Shown: positions 20,808-31,609 of the stretch, in pieces
Numbering within the stretch: the first letter of the stretch is position 1
Layout of the letters: every line of letters starts with the position of its first letter
Assembly: GCA_965219095.1 (NCBI GenBank)
Contig: CBDCMT010000001.1
Location: 960,001-1,024,000 of the forward strand
DNA: 64,000 nucleotides
Direction of reading: 5' to 3'
Source: Bdellovibrionales bacterium
GTDB lineage: Bacteria; Bdellovibrionota; Bdellovibrionia; Bdellovibrionales; UBA1609
The notes under the pieces: model-generated
Told to the model about the DNA's origin: nothing
Database searches by the model: none
The model's input: only the letters and a program-made list of their open reading frames with translations
Made by a program: the position numbers and the translations under genes

Positions 20808-21321
20808 ACCTTTTGAGAGAGCTTAAATTTATAGAAGAAAGCAATGGATTCAAATGGGCTACAAATCTCAAAAAACTTCTTAAAGAGACTGTGGAGTTAG
20901 TTCATAAAAAAGAGTCAAGAGTTCTGACTCAAAAAGAGTACGAAACTCTTCAGAGAAGGTATAGGAGTATTCTTACAAAAGGCTTAAAAGAGCTTCCAGA
21001 ATTTCCTAAGAAAAATGGCAAGAAAGGACGAATAAAGCATACACAAGCTCAGAACCTTTGGCTGCGATTTAAAAAGTATGAAGCAGAAATACTGTGTTTT
21101 GCTAAAAGAAAGAACGTAGATCCTACTAATAACAGAGCTGAAAGAGATCTAAGAATGACTAAGGTGAAAAAGAAAGTGTCAGGGTGTTTCAGAACAGAAG
21201 AAATGGCAAAATATTTTTGTCGTATTACCAGCTATTTTAAAACAATGAGAAATAAAGGGTATTCTTCTTTAGAAGCCATCTCTATGGCTTTAAATAAAAA
21301 CTTACGAGAGTGAGCAGTTAC
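20808..21321 (+). mobile_element. 3' fragment of a single-ORF IS66 (same as 46372..47903)
   Basis: Near-identical to 47390-47903; ends in gtgagcagttac. Confidence 0.9.
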
Positions 21322-21402
21322 AAATTATTAAAAAATAAAAACCCTTAATATTGTATTTTGAATGTGTATCAATTATAAAAATCTTTACAGGATCACAAAA
21401 CG

Positions 21403-23784
21403 TTACTTCTTATTCTCTTTTTCTTCTAAACGACGAAGCTCTTCTTCAAGAAGTTTTTCGTCCTCTAATTCCTCCTCGACATCCTCAAGCCCCTCTTTTT
21501 TATCTTCTTTCTTAGGAAAAATTTCGTTAAGAGGTGCTTCTTGTTTGTCGCCTTTTTTTAAATTCTCTTCTAAATTCAAAGAATCGTCTAAAGCTTCTTT
21601 CTTCTCTTTCTTATTTTTATGTGAAATAAGCTTAGAAAACTCCTCTTTATGAGGATCCACACCTCCTAAGTATTTATCAATAAAATCCAGTCTGTTTTTA
21701 AGAGTTTTGCTAAAAAGGTTTCTTTGCTCATCTTCTGTGCGTACAATGTGAGGCGTGATGAACATAACAAGATGACGTTTTTCAGTTTTTCTTAGATAAC
21801 CTTTAAAAAGCCATCCTATAAGAGGAAGGTCTCCTAAGATAGGAATTTTAGATTCGTTTTTCTGAGCCTTATCGCGTGCTAAACCTCCTAAAACAGCCGT
21901 TTCTTTATCATTAACTAAAATCGTAGTCTTAAGATCCCTTGTGTCAATAACCACACCGCCTCCCCTTCCTACTGTTGTGTCCTTTAACTGAGCTTGATCC
22001 TCTCTGACTTCCTCTATTTTTTGTTCCAATGATAATTTTACTTTATTTTTTCCAGGGCTAATGCGGGGGGTGAGTTTCATTTCAATTCTTGTTTTTTTGT
22101 ACTCAACAGAAGTTGTTGTCTGACCTGTGCCTACGACTGATTTTTGAATAGGAACATCAGAGCCTACGGAAATGACCGCTTCTTCATTATCTAAAGCCAT
22201 AATATTAGGACTTGATAAAACGTTACCTCCTCCATAATTTTTCAAAAACTTTATAAAACCTGATACAGATTTTACTTTTTGTGTCACATCTCCTAATTTC
22301 AACTCAACCATATCTCCAAAACCAAACCCGATTGTTCCTCCCCCATCATTGCCAACAGACAAAAAATCGGCTAAATTCCCTGTACTTACACCTATACGTC
22401 CTAAGCCATTTGTTCCTGGTATAAACTTATAGTAATTCAAATTCCATGTAAGCTGCTTGCTAGAAGAAAGCTCCATGATCACCATCTTTACAAAAACCTG
22501 ATCCCTTGGAATGTCCAGTTTTTCTAATAAACTAAGTATGGTTTTATAATCCTGCCTACTTGCTGAAATGATCAAACTGTTGGTCTTTTTCTCAGAAACA
22601 AGGGATATGTTCTCTCCTAATAGATTACCTTGTGAACCACTTCGTATAAAATCATCATCAAAACGAGAAGATCTTCTAGGAGGAGATCTTCTTCTTTGAG
22701 TTTTGTTTTTATCCTTGGCTATATTATTAATGGTTTTAGCTATCTCCTCAGCATCTCCGTACTTTACGTAATAGACATAGAGTCCTCCGCTATCGGTGAC
22801 ACTAAAATCCAGTTTTTTTACCAAATCTTTTATTTCCACAATACCAGCATCATTTCCCACAACCACAAGAGAGTTGGTTCTTTCGTCAGGAAGCACAACA
22901 GACAGTTTAGAGCTTTTCTTGTCATCTGAACTCCTCCTTCGTGAGCGAAAACTGTAAGATCTCCTTGATCGGGAAGAAACTGAAGAAGGATTTTTTTGTT
23001 TTTCTATGATCTCTGTTAAAAGACTGGCAAGCTCTTTTGCCTTTGCATGCTGTATTTTGAGTACAACCATCTTCTCAGCAAAGCCCTTAACATCTAAAGC
23101 CTTAATAATTTGAGTGATCCTTTCTATGGAGCTACCGTAGTCTGTGATAATAAGAGAATTCGTGGGAGCGTAAGCTTGGATGTTAGAACTTTTACTTGTA
23201 GCACTGCCCTTTAAAATATTAATCGTCTCGCCAGCATCAATAAACTTAAGTTTAATAATTTTTGTAATCACTTGTTCTATGTTAGGAAAGTAATCTCCTG
23301 AATAAGTTTCAATAGCATGTTTGGAGGCTTCGCTGGATTTAACAATTTTCAAAAATTTCCCTGATTGAACCACTGTATAGCCCTTGCTTGCTAAAGCTGC
23401 TAAAAAAGCTTGATAAGCCTCTGCTACAGTGATCTGACTAGGTGTTATAATGGAAATGTTGCCTGATATATTGGGACTGAGAATAAAGTTTTTTCCTGTC
23501 ATTCTACTAATAGCTTTCACAAGATCTTGAATATTAGCATTAGGATAATCAAAACTATCTATAATTTCAGGAAAGTTTTCATTGTTAATGTCTTCTGGAG
23601 CTGCAGTTTGAAAGCTCTTTGTACTCTTACCTCGACTAGGTAAAACAGGAGTTCTGCTCAGCCTGCTTCTTACTTTTCTTTCTTTTTCAGGATCAGAGGT
23701 TCTGCCATCAACTAAAACAACATAATTAAGACTCACAAAGAACAGATAAACAATGAACAAATAGAAAATATTTTCCTTTTTCAA
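21403..23784 (-). CDS. gspD: Type II secretion secretin GspD
   Basis: N0 (ISRMTGKNFI), three N domains (TNSL), QVF..VI.E, LDNEEA.I.VG, KIPILGDLPLIGWLF, FITPHIV. Confidence 0.93.
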   Translation of the reverse strand: MKKENIFYLFIVYLFFVSLNYVVLVDGRTSDPEKERKVRSRLSRTPVLPSRGKSTKSFQTAAPEDINNENFPEIIDSFDYPNANIQDLVKAISRMTGKNFILSPNISGNISIITPSQITVAEAYQAFLAALASKGYTVVQSGKFLKIVKSSEASKHAIETYSGDYFPNIEQVITKIIKLKFIDAGETINILKGSATSKSSNIQAYAPTNSLIITDYGSSIERITQIIKALDVKGFAEKMVVLKIQHAKAKELASLLTEIIEKQKNPSSVSSRSRRSYSFRSRRRSSDDKKSSKLSVVLPDERTNSLVVVGNDAGIVEIKDLVKKLDFSVTDSGGLYVYYVKYGDAEEIAKTINNIAKDKNKTQRRRSPPRRSSRFDDDFIRSGSQGNLLGENISLVSEKKTNSLIISASRQDYKTILSLLEKLDIPRDQVFVKMVIMELSSSKQLTWNLNYYKFIPGTNGLGRIGVSTGNLADFLSVGNDGGGTIGFGFGDMVELKLGDVTQKVKSVSGFIKFLKNYGGGNVLSSPNIMALDNEEAVISVGSDVPIQKSVVGTGQTTTSVEYKKTRIEMKLTPRISPGKNKVKLSLEQKIEEVREDQAQLKDTTVGRGGGVVIDTRDLKTTILVNDKETAVLGGLARDKAQKNESKIPILGDLPLIGWLFKGYLRKTEKRHLVMFITPHIVRTEDEQRNLFSKTLKNRLDFIDKYLGGVDPHKEEFSKLISHKNKKEKKEALDDSLNLEENLKKGDKQEAPLNEIFPKKEDKKEGLEDVEEELEDEKLLEEELRRLEEKENKK

Positions 23785-23800
23785 ATCACCTTCCCTAGCT

Positions 23801-24685
23801 TCACTCTATATTATACTTAAAAGTATTTGTTTGTCCATCACGTAAAACACTAATTTCTAAGTTTTTAGCATTTTTCAATTCATTGTAAATTTGAAGAGCT
23901 TTTTGAGGGTTATTTATATCCTCGCCATTGACCTCTAAAATACAATCTTTAACTTTAAAACCCAATTTTCTAAAAATACTAGAGCTTTTAATCCAAGAAA
24001 AACAAAAACCCTCAACCTTTCCTGTCTCTCCTCTGCGAGGTTTCATAGCAGCCTCCTTAAGAAGGTTTGGTAGATCAGCTGTTAGCTTGCTGATTTCAGA
24101 ACGTTTCAAATTAAAAGTAGAATCCTCTTTTGAAATCACAGGTTTTTGTTGGGGACGAAAGCCTAGAAACTTTGAGCTTTCCTGTTTTTCTAACTCCACG
24201 TATTCATAGGTCCTTTTTTCTAAGTTTAAAAATAAAACCTTTCCTCTTTCAATAAAATAAATTTGAAATTTTTTGGCAAGTTCTTCACTTTCTTTGCCTG
24301 CTAATATCTGCCCTCCTACATCAAAAGTAGCCACTGATTTACTAGGGTTCACATGCACGATCGTACCAATGAGTTTGACAGATAGACTTGTTAAAGTAGC
24401 TTGAGAGGGATCTGAAGCAATTTCTTGTTCTTTGTCCTCTCTTTGCAAAGGCTCAGGCATCACACCACTTGCCAAAAACCAGTTGGTTTTTTGAAGGTCA
24501 TGGTAAAAAAATGTAGAGGGCTTTAATTTTATGGTTTTCTTAACGAAAATGGGAAGGTTTTGAGGTAAAAAAGAGCTTCGATAAAAAACAAGCAACAAAT
24601 CAGCCATCATAATCCCAAAAGCCATAACGAGCATAAAATGAAGGTAAAAACCTTTTTTTAGTAAATAATCTAACATACTCACCAT
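23801..24685 (-). CDS. gspC: Type II secretion protein GspC (TM, HR and PDZ domains)
   Basis: N-terminal TM, KLIGTIV, C-terminal PDZ (LGFKVKDCILEVNG); directly upstream of gspD. Confidence 0.85.
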   Translation of the reverse strand: MVSMLDYLLKKGFYLHFMLVMAFGIMMADLLLVFYRSSFLPQNLPIFVKKTIKLKPSTFFYHDLQKTNWFLASGVMPEPLQREDKEQEIASDPSQATLTSLSVKLIGTIVHVNPSKSVATFDVGGQILAGKESEELAKKFQIYFIERGKVLFLNLEKRTYEYVELEKQESSKFLGFRPQQKPVISKEDSTFNLKRSEISKLTADLPNLLKEAAMKPRRGETGKVEGFCFSWIKSSSIFRKLGFKVKDCILEVNGEDINNPQKALQIYNELKNAKNLEISVLRDGQTNTFKYNIE

Positions 24686-24894
24686 TCAGACTAGCAAAGG
24701 AATACAAAAGACCAGAACTCTTTTTGAAAAATACAGACTAAAAGACAGATGAAAAAAAGGAGAAAAAAGATCCTGATCTTGCAATAATTATTGCTTAGCA
24801 TTATAAGAGGGTTTTGAAAAATCATTAGAAAGAATATTGTTTTTATGTTATTGATAAAAGAAAGAGAAAACAGGACTTAAAAACACAAAAGTTT

Positions 24895-25656
24895 ATGAAT
24901 TTTATAAAAGAAATAAAGACAAAAAAGTTTTGGACCGATGGCATAGGCTCTTTGATTTTAGCAGTACTGCTTGCCTTGTGTATACGTTGGGCTTTCTTAG
25001 AGGCTTACGTAATTCCCAGTGGTAGCATGCTTCCCAGCCTTTTGATCAATGATCATATTTTTGTGAACAAAATTATTTACGGAGTAAGAGCCCCTTTCAC
25101 AGGCAAATGGCTTGTTCGTTTGTCTGATCCTCAAAGAGGGGAAGTGATTGTCTTCCGTCCACCTGATGAACCTCATCGCTTTTTTATTAAAAGAATTGTG
25201 GGTATTCCGGGTGATAGAGTCTTCTATGAGAACGGAAGCCTTTATATCAATGACAAGTTAGTTGCTAAAAGGCCTGCTAAAAGCAAAAAAAGTGATTTTA
25301 AATGGCTTAGAGAAAGTGATTTTGCTTTTAGTGCTCCTGGTGCTCTTAAAAAATATGAACACTTTGAAGAAAACTTAGGAGAGAATACCTTTAGTGTTCT
25401 TCTAAAGAAGGACTCATTCCATGGAAACTTCGGCCCCTACACAGTACCTGAAAAAGGCTACTTTGTCTTAGGAGACAATAGGGATCACTCAAGTGATAGT
25501 CGCCTCTGGAAAACAAGTCACTTCGTTACTATGGATCTTATTTTAGGAAGAGCTAGTTTTGTATGGTTGAGTTGTGAAGAAACTATCTCTTGGATTCCTT
25601 TCCTCTGTAACCCTTTAGAACTCAGATGGTCTCGCTTTTTTCATTTTATGCACTAA
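24895..25656 (+). CDS. lepB: Signal peptidase I
   Basis: IPSGSM.P.L, FIKRIVG.PGD, GDNRD.S.DSR. Confidence 0.95.
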   Translation: MNFIKEIKTKKFWTDGIGSLILAVLLALCIRWAFLEAYVIPSGSMLPSLLINDHIFVNKIIYGVRAPFTGKWLVRLSDPQRGEVIVFRPPDEPHRFFIKRIVGIPGDRVFYENGSLYINDKLVAKRPAKSKKSDFKWLRESDFAFSAPGALKKYEHFEENLGENTFSVLLKKDSFHGNFGPYTVPEKGYFVLGDNRDHSSDSRLWKTSHFVTMDLILGRASFVWLSCEETISWIPFLCNPLELRWSRFFHFMH

Positions 25657-25786
25657 ATTTCTTTTTTCATATACAAGATTTCCCTTTATGTTGCAAAGCA
25701 CATTCTTAAAGAGGTTTGTTTGGTCTCTTTAAAAGGAGTTTTTTGCTAAACCTTGATTGTTATCTAGCAATTTGTTAAAAAAATTT

Positions 25787-26941
25787 ATGCACACTAAGCT
25801 TTTTACAAGTGAATCAGTATCAGAAGGACATCCTGACAAAATAGCAGATCAGATCAGTGATAGAATTTTAGATGCTTGCCTAGAACAAGATCCCTCATCT
25901 CGTGTAGCATGTGAAACTATGATCTCAACCAATTTTGTGACCATTTCAGGAGAAATTACATCGAAAGCCCAACTTAGAATAGAAGATCTTGTTCGTGATC
26001 AAATTCAGAGAATTGGTTATGACAACAAAGAAAAGGGATTTGATTACAAAACATGCAAAGTGTTTGTGGCTTTAGATAAGCAAAGTAATGACATCACTTT
26101 AGGAGTGAACCAAAAGGAAACAGGAGCAGGAGACCAAGGTATTATGTTTGGTTATGCTGTTAACGAAACTAAAGAGCTTATGCCTCTTTCCATTCAACTT
26201 GCTCATGAACTGATGTTTCAATTAACCCAAATAAGAAAAGAAAAAAAAGTGCCCTTTCTGCGACCTGACAGCAAAGCTCAAGTGACAGTGGAGTATGAAA
26301 AAGAAAAGATCAAACGTATTGATACTATTTTAGTATCAACCCAACACTCTTCTGACATAACTCAACAAGATTTAGAAGCCTTTTTAAGAGACGAGCTTAT
26401 TGATCAAGTCATTGACAAAAATCTTATCGATAGGAACACAAAAATTCTTATCAATCCCACAGGCCGGTTTGTAATAGGAGGGCCTAAAGGAGATTGTGGT
26501 TTAACAGGAAGAAAGATTATTGTGGATACTTACGGGGGACATGGATCTCATGGAGGAGGAGCCTTTTCAGGAAAAGACCCCACAAAAGTTGATCGTTCAG
26601 GAGCTTATATAGCACGTTATATAGCTAAGAACATTGTAAGAGCAGGGTTTTGTGAACGTTGTCTTTTACAGCTTTCCTATGCCATTGGCATTCCTGAGCC
26701 TGTGAGTGTTTTTATAGAAGACTACGGTACTTCTCGTTATCCCACTGAAGTGATTTTGAAAGCAGTCAAAGAGCTTTGGAGTATGAAGCCTAAAGACATT
26801 ATATCTGACTTAGAACTTTTAAAGCCTATTTACACAAAAACTGCAAGCTATGGGCATTTTGGGCGAAAAGACATAGATTTCAATTGGGAAAAAACAGATA
26901 AAGCTTTAGCCTTAAAAGATATAGTCAAAACCTTGTCATAA
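25787..26941 (+). CDS. metK: S-adenosylmethionine synthetase
   Basis: FTSESVSEGHPDK, GAGDQG, GLTGRKIIVDTYGG, GGGAFSGKD. Confidence 0.97.
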   Translation: MHTKLFTSESVSEGHPDKIADQISDRILDACLEQDPSSRVACETMISTNFVTISGEITSKAQLRIEDLVRDQIQRIGYDNKEKGFDYKTCKVFVALDKQSNDITLGVNQKETGAGDQGIMFGYAVNETKELMPLSIQLAHELMFQLTQIRKEKKVPFLRPDSKAQVTVEYEKEKIKRIDTILVSTQHSSDITQQDLEAFLRDELIDQVIDKNLIDRNTKILINPTGRFVIGGPKGDCGLTGRKIIVDTYGGHGSHGGGAFSGKDPTKVDRSGAYIARYIAKNIVRAGFCERCLLQLSYAIGIPEPVSVFIEDYGTSRYPTEVILKAVKELWSMKPKDIISDLELLKPIYTKTASYGHFGRKDIDFNWEKTDKALALKDIVKTLS

Positions 26942-26956
26942 AGCTACCATAAAAGT

Positions 26957-28756
26957 ATGAGTTCATCTCTCATTAGAAATTTTTGTATCATAGCTCATGT
27001 AGATCATGGAAAATCCACCTTGGCTGACTCCCTTTTACGAGCCACAAACACTCTCGAAGAAAGAAAAGCAAAAGCTCAGTTCCTAGACAATATGGAGTTA
27101 GAAAGAGAAAGGGGTATTACTATTAAAGCTCAAACAGTCCGTCTTTCTTATATATCTAAGGATCAAAAGACCTATCAACTCAATCTTATTGATACTCCCG
27201 GACATGTGGATTTTAGTTATGAAGTGTCTCGTGCCTTGGCTGCTTGTGAAGGGGCTATTTTAGTTATTGATGCTGCTCAAGGGGTAGAAGCTCAAACTCT
27301 CGCTAACGTGTATCTTGCTTTAGAGCATAACTTAGAACTTATTTTAGTTTTGAATAAAATTGATCTTCCTTCAAGCGATCCAGAAAAAGTGAAAAAAGAA
27401 GTAAAAGAAGCTCTTGGTCTTGACACAAAAAGTGCCATTTTAGCAAGTGCTAAAGAAAACACAGGTATTGAAAACATTTTAGAAGCCTTAGTAGAAAAAA
27501 TTCCTCCTCCTCAAGGAAAAAGGAATGCTTCTCTTAAAGCCTTAGTTTTTGATTCATGGTTTGATTCCTATCAAGGTGTTGTAGTTTTGATTCGTGTTGT
27601 AGAAGGGGAGATTGCGGTAACACAAAAAATCACTTTTCTGTCTTCTCAAAACTCTTATGAGGTTTTAGAGTTAGGTGTTTTTAATCCTTTTGCTAGAGAG
27701 TTAAAGCAACTTAAAACAGGAGAGGTAGGATTTCTTATTTGTGGAGTCAAAGATATAAGAGAAATTACTGTAGGTGATACTATCACTTCCCATCAAAAAC
27801 CTGCTGTAACACCTTTAAAAGGTTTTCAAAAAGTAAAACCTATGGTGTTTTCTGGAATCTTCCCTATTGATACATCTGAGTTTGGGAGCCTCAAAGAGGC
27901 TTTAGAGAAATTATCTCTCAATGATCCTAGTCTTACTTATGAACCTGAAAGTTCTCAAGCTCTTGGTTTTGGAATGAGATGCGGGTTTTTAGGTTTACTC
28001 CATATGGAAGTGATCAAAGAACGACTTGAAAGAGAGTTTAATTTAGATTTGATTTGTACAGCACCTTCTGTGATCTATAAAATCAGTAAAACAAATGGAG
28101 AGGTTTTAGAAATTGAAAATCCCTCACAAATGCCTGATGCTTCTCAAATTGCAGACATAAAAGAGCCTATGGTGAAAGTGTCTATCTACACTCCTTCTGA
28201 TTATATTGGTAGCATTTTAAACCTTTGTGAGGAAAGAAGAGGAGTTCAGATCAAAATAGACTATTTATCAACAGATAGAGTTGTCATTGAGTATAAGCTA
28301 CCCTTAAATGAAATTGTTTTAAACTTTTATGATCGTTTAAAATCCCTTTCAAAAGGCTATGCTTCTATGGACTATGAACTTTCAGGCTATGAAGCCTCCT
28401 TACTTGTAAAAATAGACATCCTCTTAGCAGGAGATCCTGTAGATGCTCTTTCTATCATTGTCCATAGACAAAAAGCTGAATACAGGGGACGTCTTTTAGT
28501 GAAAAAACTAAAAACTCTCTTAAAGCGACATCAGTTTCAGATTGCTATTCAAGCCGCCATTGGAGCTCAAGTTATTGCCCGTGAAACTTTAGGAGCCTAC
28601 AGAAAAGATGTCACAGCTAAACTATACGGAGGTGATGTTACTCGCAAAAGAAAGCTCCTAGAAAAACAAAAAGCAGGAAAGAAAAAAATGAAACAAATCG
28701 GAGCCGTAGAAATTCCTCAAGAGGCTTTCTTAGCTATTTTAAAAGTAGAAGATTGA
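26957..28756 (+). CDS. lepA: Elongation factor 4
   Basis: [44 protein letters not shown]. Confidence 0.97.
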   Translation: MSSSLIRNFCIIAHVDHGKSTLADSLLRATNTLEERKAKAQFLDNMELERERGITIKAQTVRLSYISKDQKTYQLNLIDTPGHVDFSYEVSRALAACEGAILVIDAAQGVEAQTLANVYLALEHNLELILVLNKIDLPSSDPEKVKKEVKEALGLDTKSAILASAKENTGIENILEALVEKIPPPQGKRNASLKALVFDSWFDSYQGVVVLIRVVEGEIAVTQKITFLSSQNSYEVLELGVFNPFARELKQLKTGEVGFLICGVKDIREITVGDTITSHQKPAVTPLKGFQKVKPMVFSGIFPIDTSEFGSLKEALEKLSLNDPSLTYEPESSQALGFGMRCGFLGLLHMEVIKERLEREFNLDLICTAPSVIYKISKTNGEVLEIENPSQMPDASQIADIKEPMVKVSIYTPSDYIGSILNLCEERRGVQIKIDYLSTDRVVIEYKLPLNEIVLNFYDRLKSLSKGYASMDYELSGYEASLLVKIDILLAGDPVDALSIIVHRQKAEYRGRLLVKKLKTLLKRHQFQIAIQAAIGAQVIARETLGAYRKDVTAKLYGGDVTRKRKLLEKQKAGKKKMKQIGAVEIPQEAFLAILKVED

Positions 28757-28829
28757 GCTAGGATGTCGTCAATTTAATGTGGTAACATTGTTGTAGGAAA
28801 GGGAGTGAAGGATGCTCAGTTAAGATATA

Positions 28830-28899
28830 TAGTGCTTCCGTTTAGGTTTTCAGTTTTTTTCTCTAGAGAATCGATCGGAAAATCTAAGCGTATTCACTA
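28830..28899 (-). mobile_element. 70-bp IS630-derived MITE
   Basis: Ends tagtgcttccgtttagg / ctaagcgtattcacta between TA sites; inverted near-copy at 34138..34207. Confidence 0.85.
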
Positions 28900-28901
28900 T
28901 A

Positions 28902-29338
28902 TAGTGCTTCCGTTTAGGTTTTCAGGTTCCTAAGATGGAGAAGTTATCAGTTATCAAAGTTTCTAATTTAGATCTGTGTTTTCGTATTCCTCTAAAAAAT
29001 TGACTTAAACTTCCCTTGAAATCGTCATAGTTTTCATAATATCGATTCGCCGTGACCTCTTTTTTCATAAACTTCCAAAGCCTTTCTATAGGATTTAAAT
29101 TCGGTGAGTACGGAGGAAGATAAACAAGTTTTATATTCAACTCTTTCGCTAACTTCTTGACAGACTTCGATCTATTGTATCCGGCCCCATCTAAGATAAG
29201 ATGAATCTCTTTTTCATCGGAATACTTCTTAATGAATATGATAGAGCATATCACATAGAAAAACTTCGTTAACTGTCTTATAACTCCTGACTACCGTCTT
29301 CAAACTATTGATCTCAATAGCTCCACAAACATTCACTC
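28902..29338 (-). mobile_element. 3' fragment of IS630 (relative of 17715..18852)
   Basis: Reverse-complement match to 18416-18852; cut by the IS3 palindrome. Confidence 0.9.
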
Positions 29339-29441
29339 TGAACTTCCCCTGTTTCTGCGGACAGTCAATTTTCTCTTAAAGTCTCCATAAAATGGAGATT
29401 TTAAGAGAAAATTGACTGTCCGCAGAAACAGGGGAAGTTCA
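29339..29441. mobile_element. 103-bp palindrome made of two IS3 left ends
   Basis: Both arms match 20757-20807; arms differ by one base; the loop is the native ctccataaaatggag hairpin. Confidence 0.9.
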
Positions 29442-30784
29442 GCATTTAGAAGAAGAGCGTGAGCGTTTAGAAGAAGAGAACAAGCGTTTAAAAAAAGATA
29501 ATGAACATTTTAAAAAAGAAAATAAGAAACTAAAAGAGGAGCTTCAATCAATACGCAAGCCTCCTAAGTGGGCTAAAAAGAACAAGAATAAAAATCCAGA
29601 TGGAAGCCTTAAAAAAGGAAAAAAGAAGGGTCCTAAAAAGGGTCATAAAGTTCATCGAAGAAAAAGGCCTGAGGAAGCGGATCAGGAGACCACTTGGACT
29701 TCACTGGTTTGTAGTAAATGTGACTCTGATCTTCCTCCCTCTCATAAGTGGCATGTTCACTATCAGGTGGATTTACCACCTGTAAGTCAAGTCATCACCA
29801 CGAAACACATTTTAGGCTGGAGTTGGTGCAGTTGTTGTAACAAGGAGGTTTCTGTCAGTGATAAGTTGGGAGCGAGTCTTTATGGTCCTAAGTTTCATGC
29901 TCAAGTGTGTTATTGGAAATATGAGTTGGGTTTAAGTTTTGGTAAAATAACAAATCTTTTGTCTGATCAATATGGTATGGAAATCAGTCGTGGTGTTTTG
30001 TCAGAGATTATAAGTCGTACGGCAAGGAAGTTTGAGGGGGCTTACGAGGATATCAAGTCCGTGTTATCGGAGCAGGGGCATTTGCATGCTGATGAGACAG
30101 GATGGAGAGTGAATGGGAACAGTCATTGGCTCTGGAGTTTTTCAAATGATGATGTGTCATTTTATAAGATTGATCAAACTCGTTCGCAAGATGTAGTTAA
30201 AAATGTTCTTGGAGAAGTTTTTCGTGGAGTTTTAGTTTCAGATTTTTATGCTGCCTATAACAAGATTGACTGTCAAAAGCAAAAATGTTGGCCCCATCTT
30301 TTAAGGGAGCTTCATGGGCTAAAAGAAAAACATCCTAAAAGCAAAGAAATTGCTCAGTTTTCTAAGAGAGCCAAACTTTTTTTCAAGAGGGGAAAAAGGT
30401 TGCAAAATGAATATGAGAGTAAAGAGAATATCGATCGAAAATACAAACTGCTTATGTGTGATACAGAAAAATGGGTATCAAAAAAATACAGAAGCCATGA
30501 CTTACAAAGACTTTGTAAACGTTTGGTCAAATATCGAGATGAAATTTATACTTTCATTAAGACTGGAGTAGACCCCACTAACAATTATGGAGAGAGGGAA
30601 ATTAGGCCTGCTGTACTTATGAGAAAAATCTCTTATTGCAATCGCTCAGAACAGGGAGCACATAACCAAGAGGTTATGATGAGTGTCGCTCGAACGGCCA
30701 AAAAACAGAATCTATCCTTCGTTGACATAGCTACTGAATACCTCTCTAAACATTAAAATCACTAGAATTTAAGTGAATAGTTAC
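29442..30784 (+). mobile_element. 5'-truncated single-ORF IS66 (same as 44873..48067)
   Basis: Matches the reverse complement of 44873-46215; HADETGW, SDFY, QKCW.HLLR, TNN.GER; a further solo IS66 end follows at 30800-30811. Confidence 0.9.
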
Positions 30785-30950
30785 TAAAAACTTAAAGGGG
30801 TGAGCAGTTACAAAGTTTCTTGCATGGTAAGTAACAATACAAAGAATGACTTTATGAGGTGAGGATAGATAGCTTAACGAAGGCGTCTATCGTGCACATA
30901 TAAATACGCCTGTATCAAAATTAATTCCTAATAATTTAACATCTCTACTG

Positions 30951-31466
30951 CTACCTTTTCCACAGAAAGGGCTTCTTGTCGTATAGAGGAACATATATTC
31001 TGATCGCCGTATTATTATCTCGATTCTCACATTTCTTGATTCCAGCCTCAAAAAGAATTTTACGCTCATAATCATTTAAAATACCATGCTCATCATAAGT
31101 AAGATGCGGACTTACTTCAGAAGCACGAAAGCCTTTTGAATAAAATCCTTTGTCACACTCTCCTTGGGTAAAATAGAATGACTTGCTTTCAAATAATTCT
31201 ACGAAAGAGGACTGAGGAGTGGTTATTTTTTTTATTACTGGATCTTGATTCTCACATTTCTTGATTCTAGTACCAGCAACAAGAACCTTGAATTCCTTAG
31301 AAAGAGCCCTTGTTTCCTTAAACCCTTCTCTACACTCTCCTTGGGTAAGATAGAATTTTTCGGTTTCTGATGTTTTTATGAAAAAAGGAAGCTCCTCTGC
31401 ATTGACTAATAGAGCGGCTGTGCTTAAGCACAAAATAGGGATTAATAAAAAACTAAAATATTTCAT
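30951..31466 (-). CDS. Secreted hypothetical protein with an internal duplication
   Basis: GGAG RBS, signal peptide MKYFSFLLIPILCL; FY.TQGEC..GF and IKKCEN each occur twice. Confidence 0.7.
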   Translation of the reverse strand: MKYFSFLLIPILCLSTAALLVNAEELPFFIKTSETEKFYLTQGECREGFKETRALSKEFKVLVAGTRIKKCENQDPVIKKITTPQSSFVELFESKSFYFTQGECDKGFYSKGFRASEVSPHLTYDEHGILNDYERKILFEAGIKKCENRDNNTAIRIYVPLYDKKPFLWKR

Positions 31467-31609
31467 TTGATTTTTTTCTCCTTTCAATTTCTTTGACCAT
31501 GCTTCAAACAAAGTCATTTGTTTTGGGTTTATTGATTTGGTTCATTTTACTTCTCCTTTCGATTTTTTTATTTAGGGTTAAAACCCCCGGGTTTTTTAAT
31601 TGTTAATTA

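Noticed and set aside
21362..21652. Ser/Phe-rich ORF and other short antisense or overlapping ORFs (e.g. 4740, 5591, 22696, 23928, 35036, 42235, 60652)
   Set aside because: Shadows of well-supported genes on the opposite strand or in another frame
24895..28756. lepB-metK-lepA order instead of lepA-lepB
   Set aside because: Ordinary lineage-level gene shuffling; no sign of a special system
28760..28826. Possible additional IS end after lepA (ctag-gatgtcgtcaatttaatg)
   Set aside because: No partner end or transposase in the window to support it
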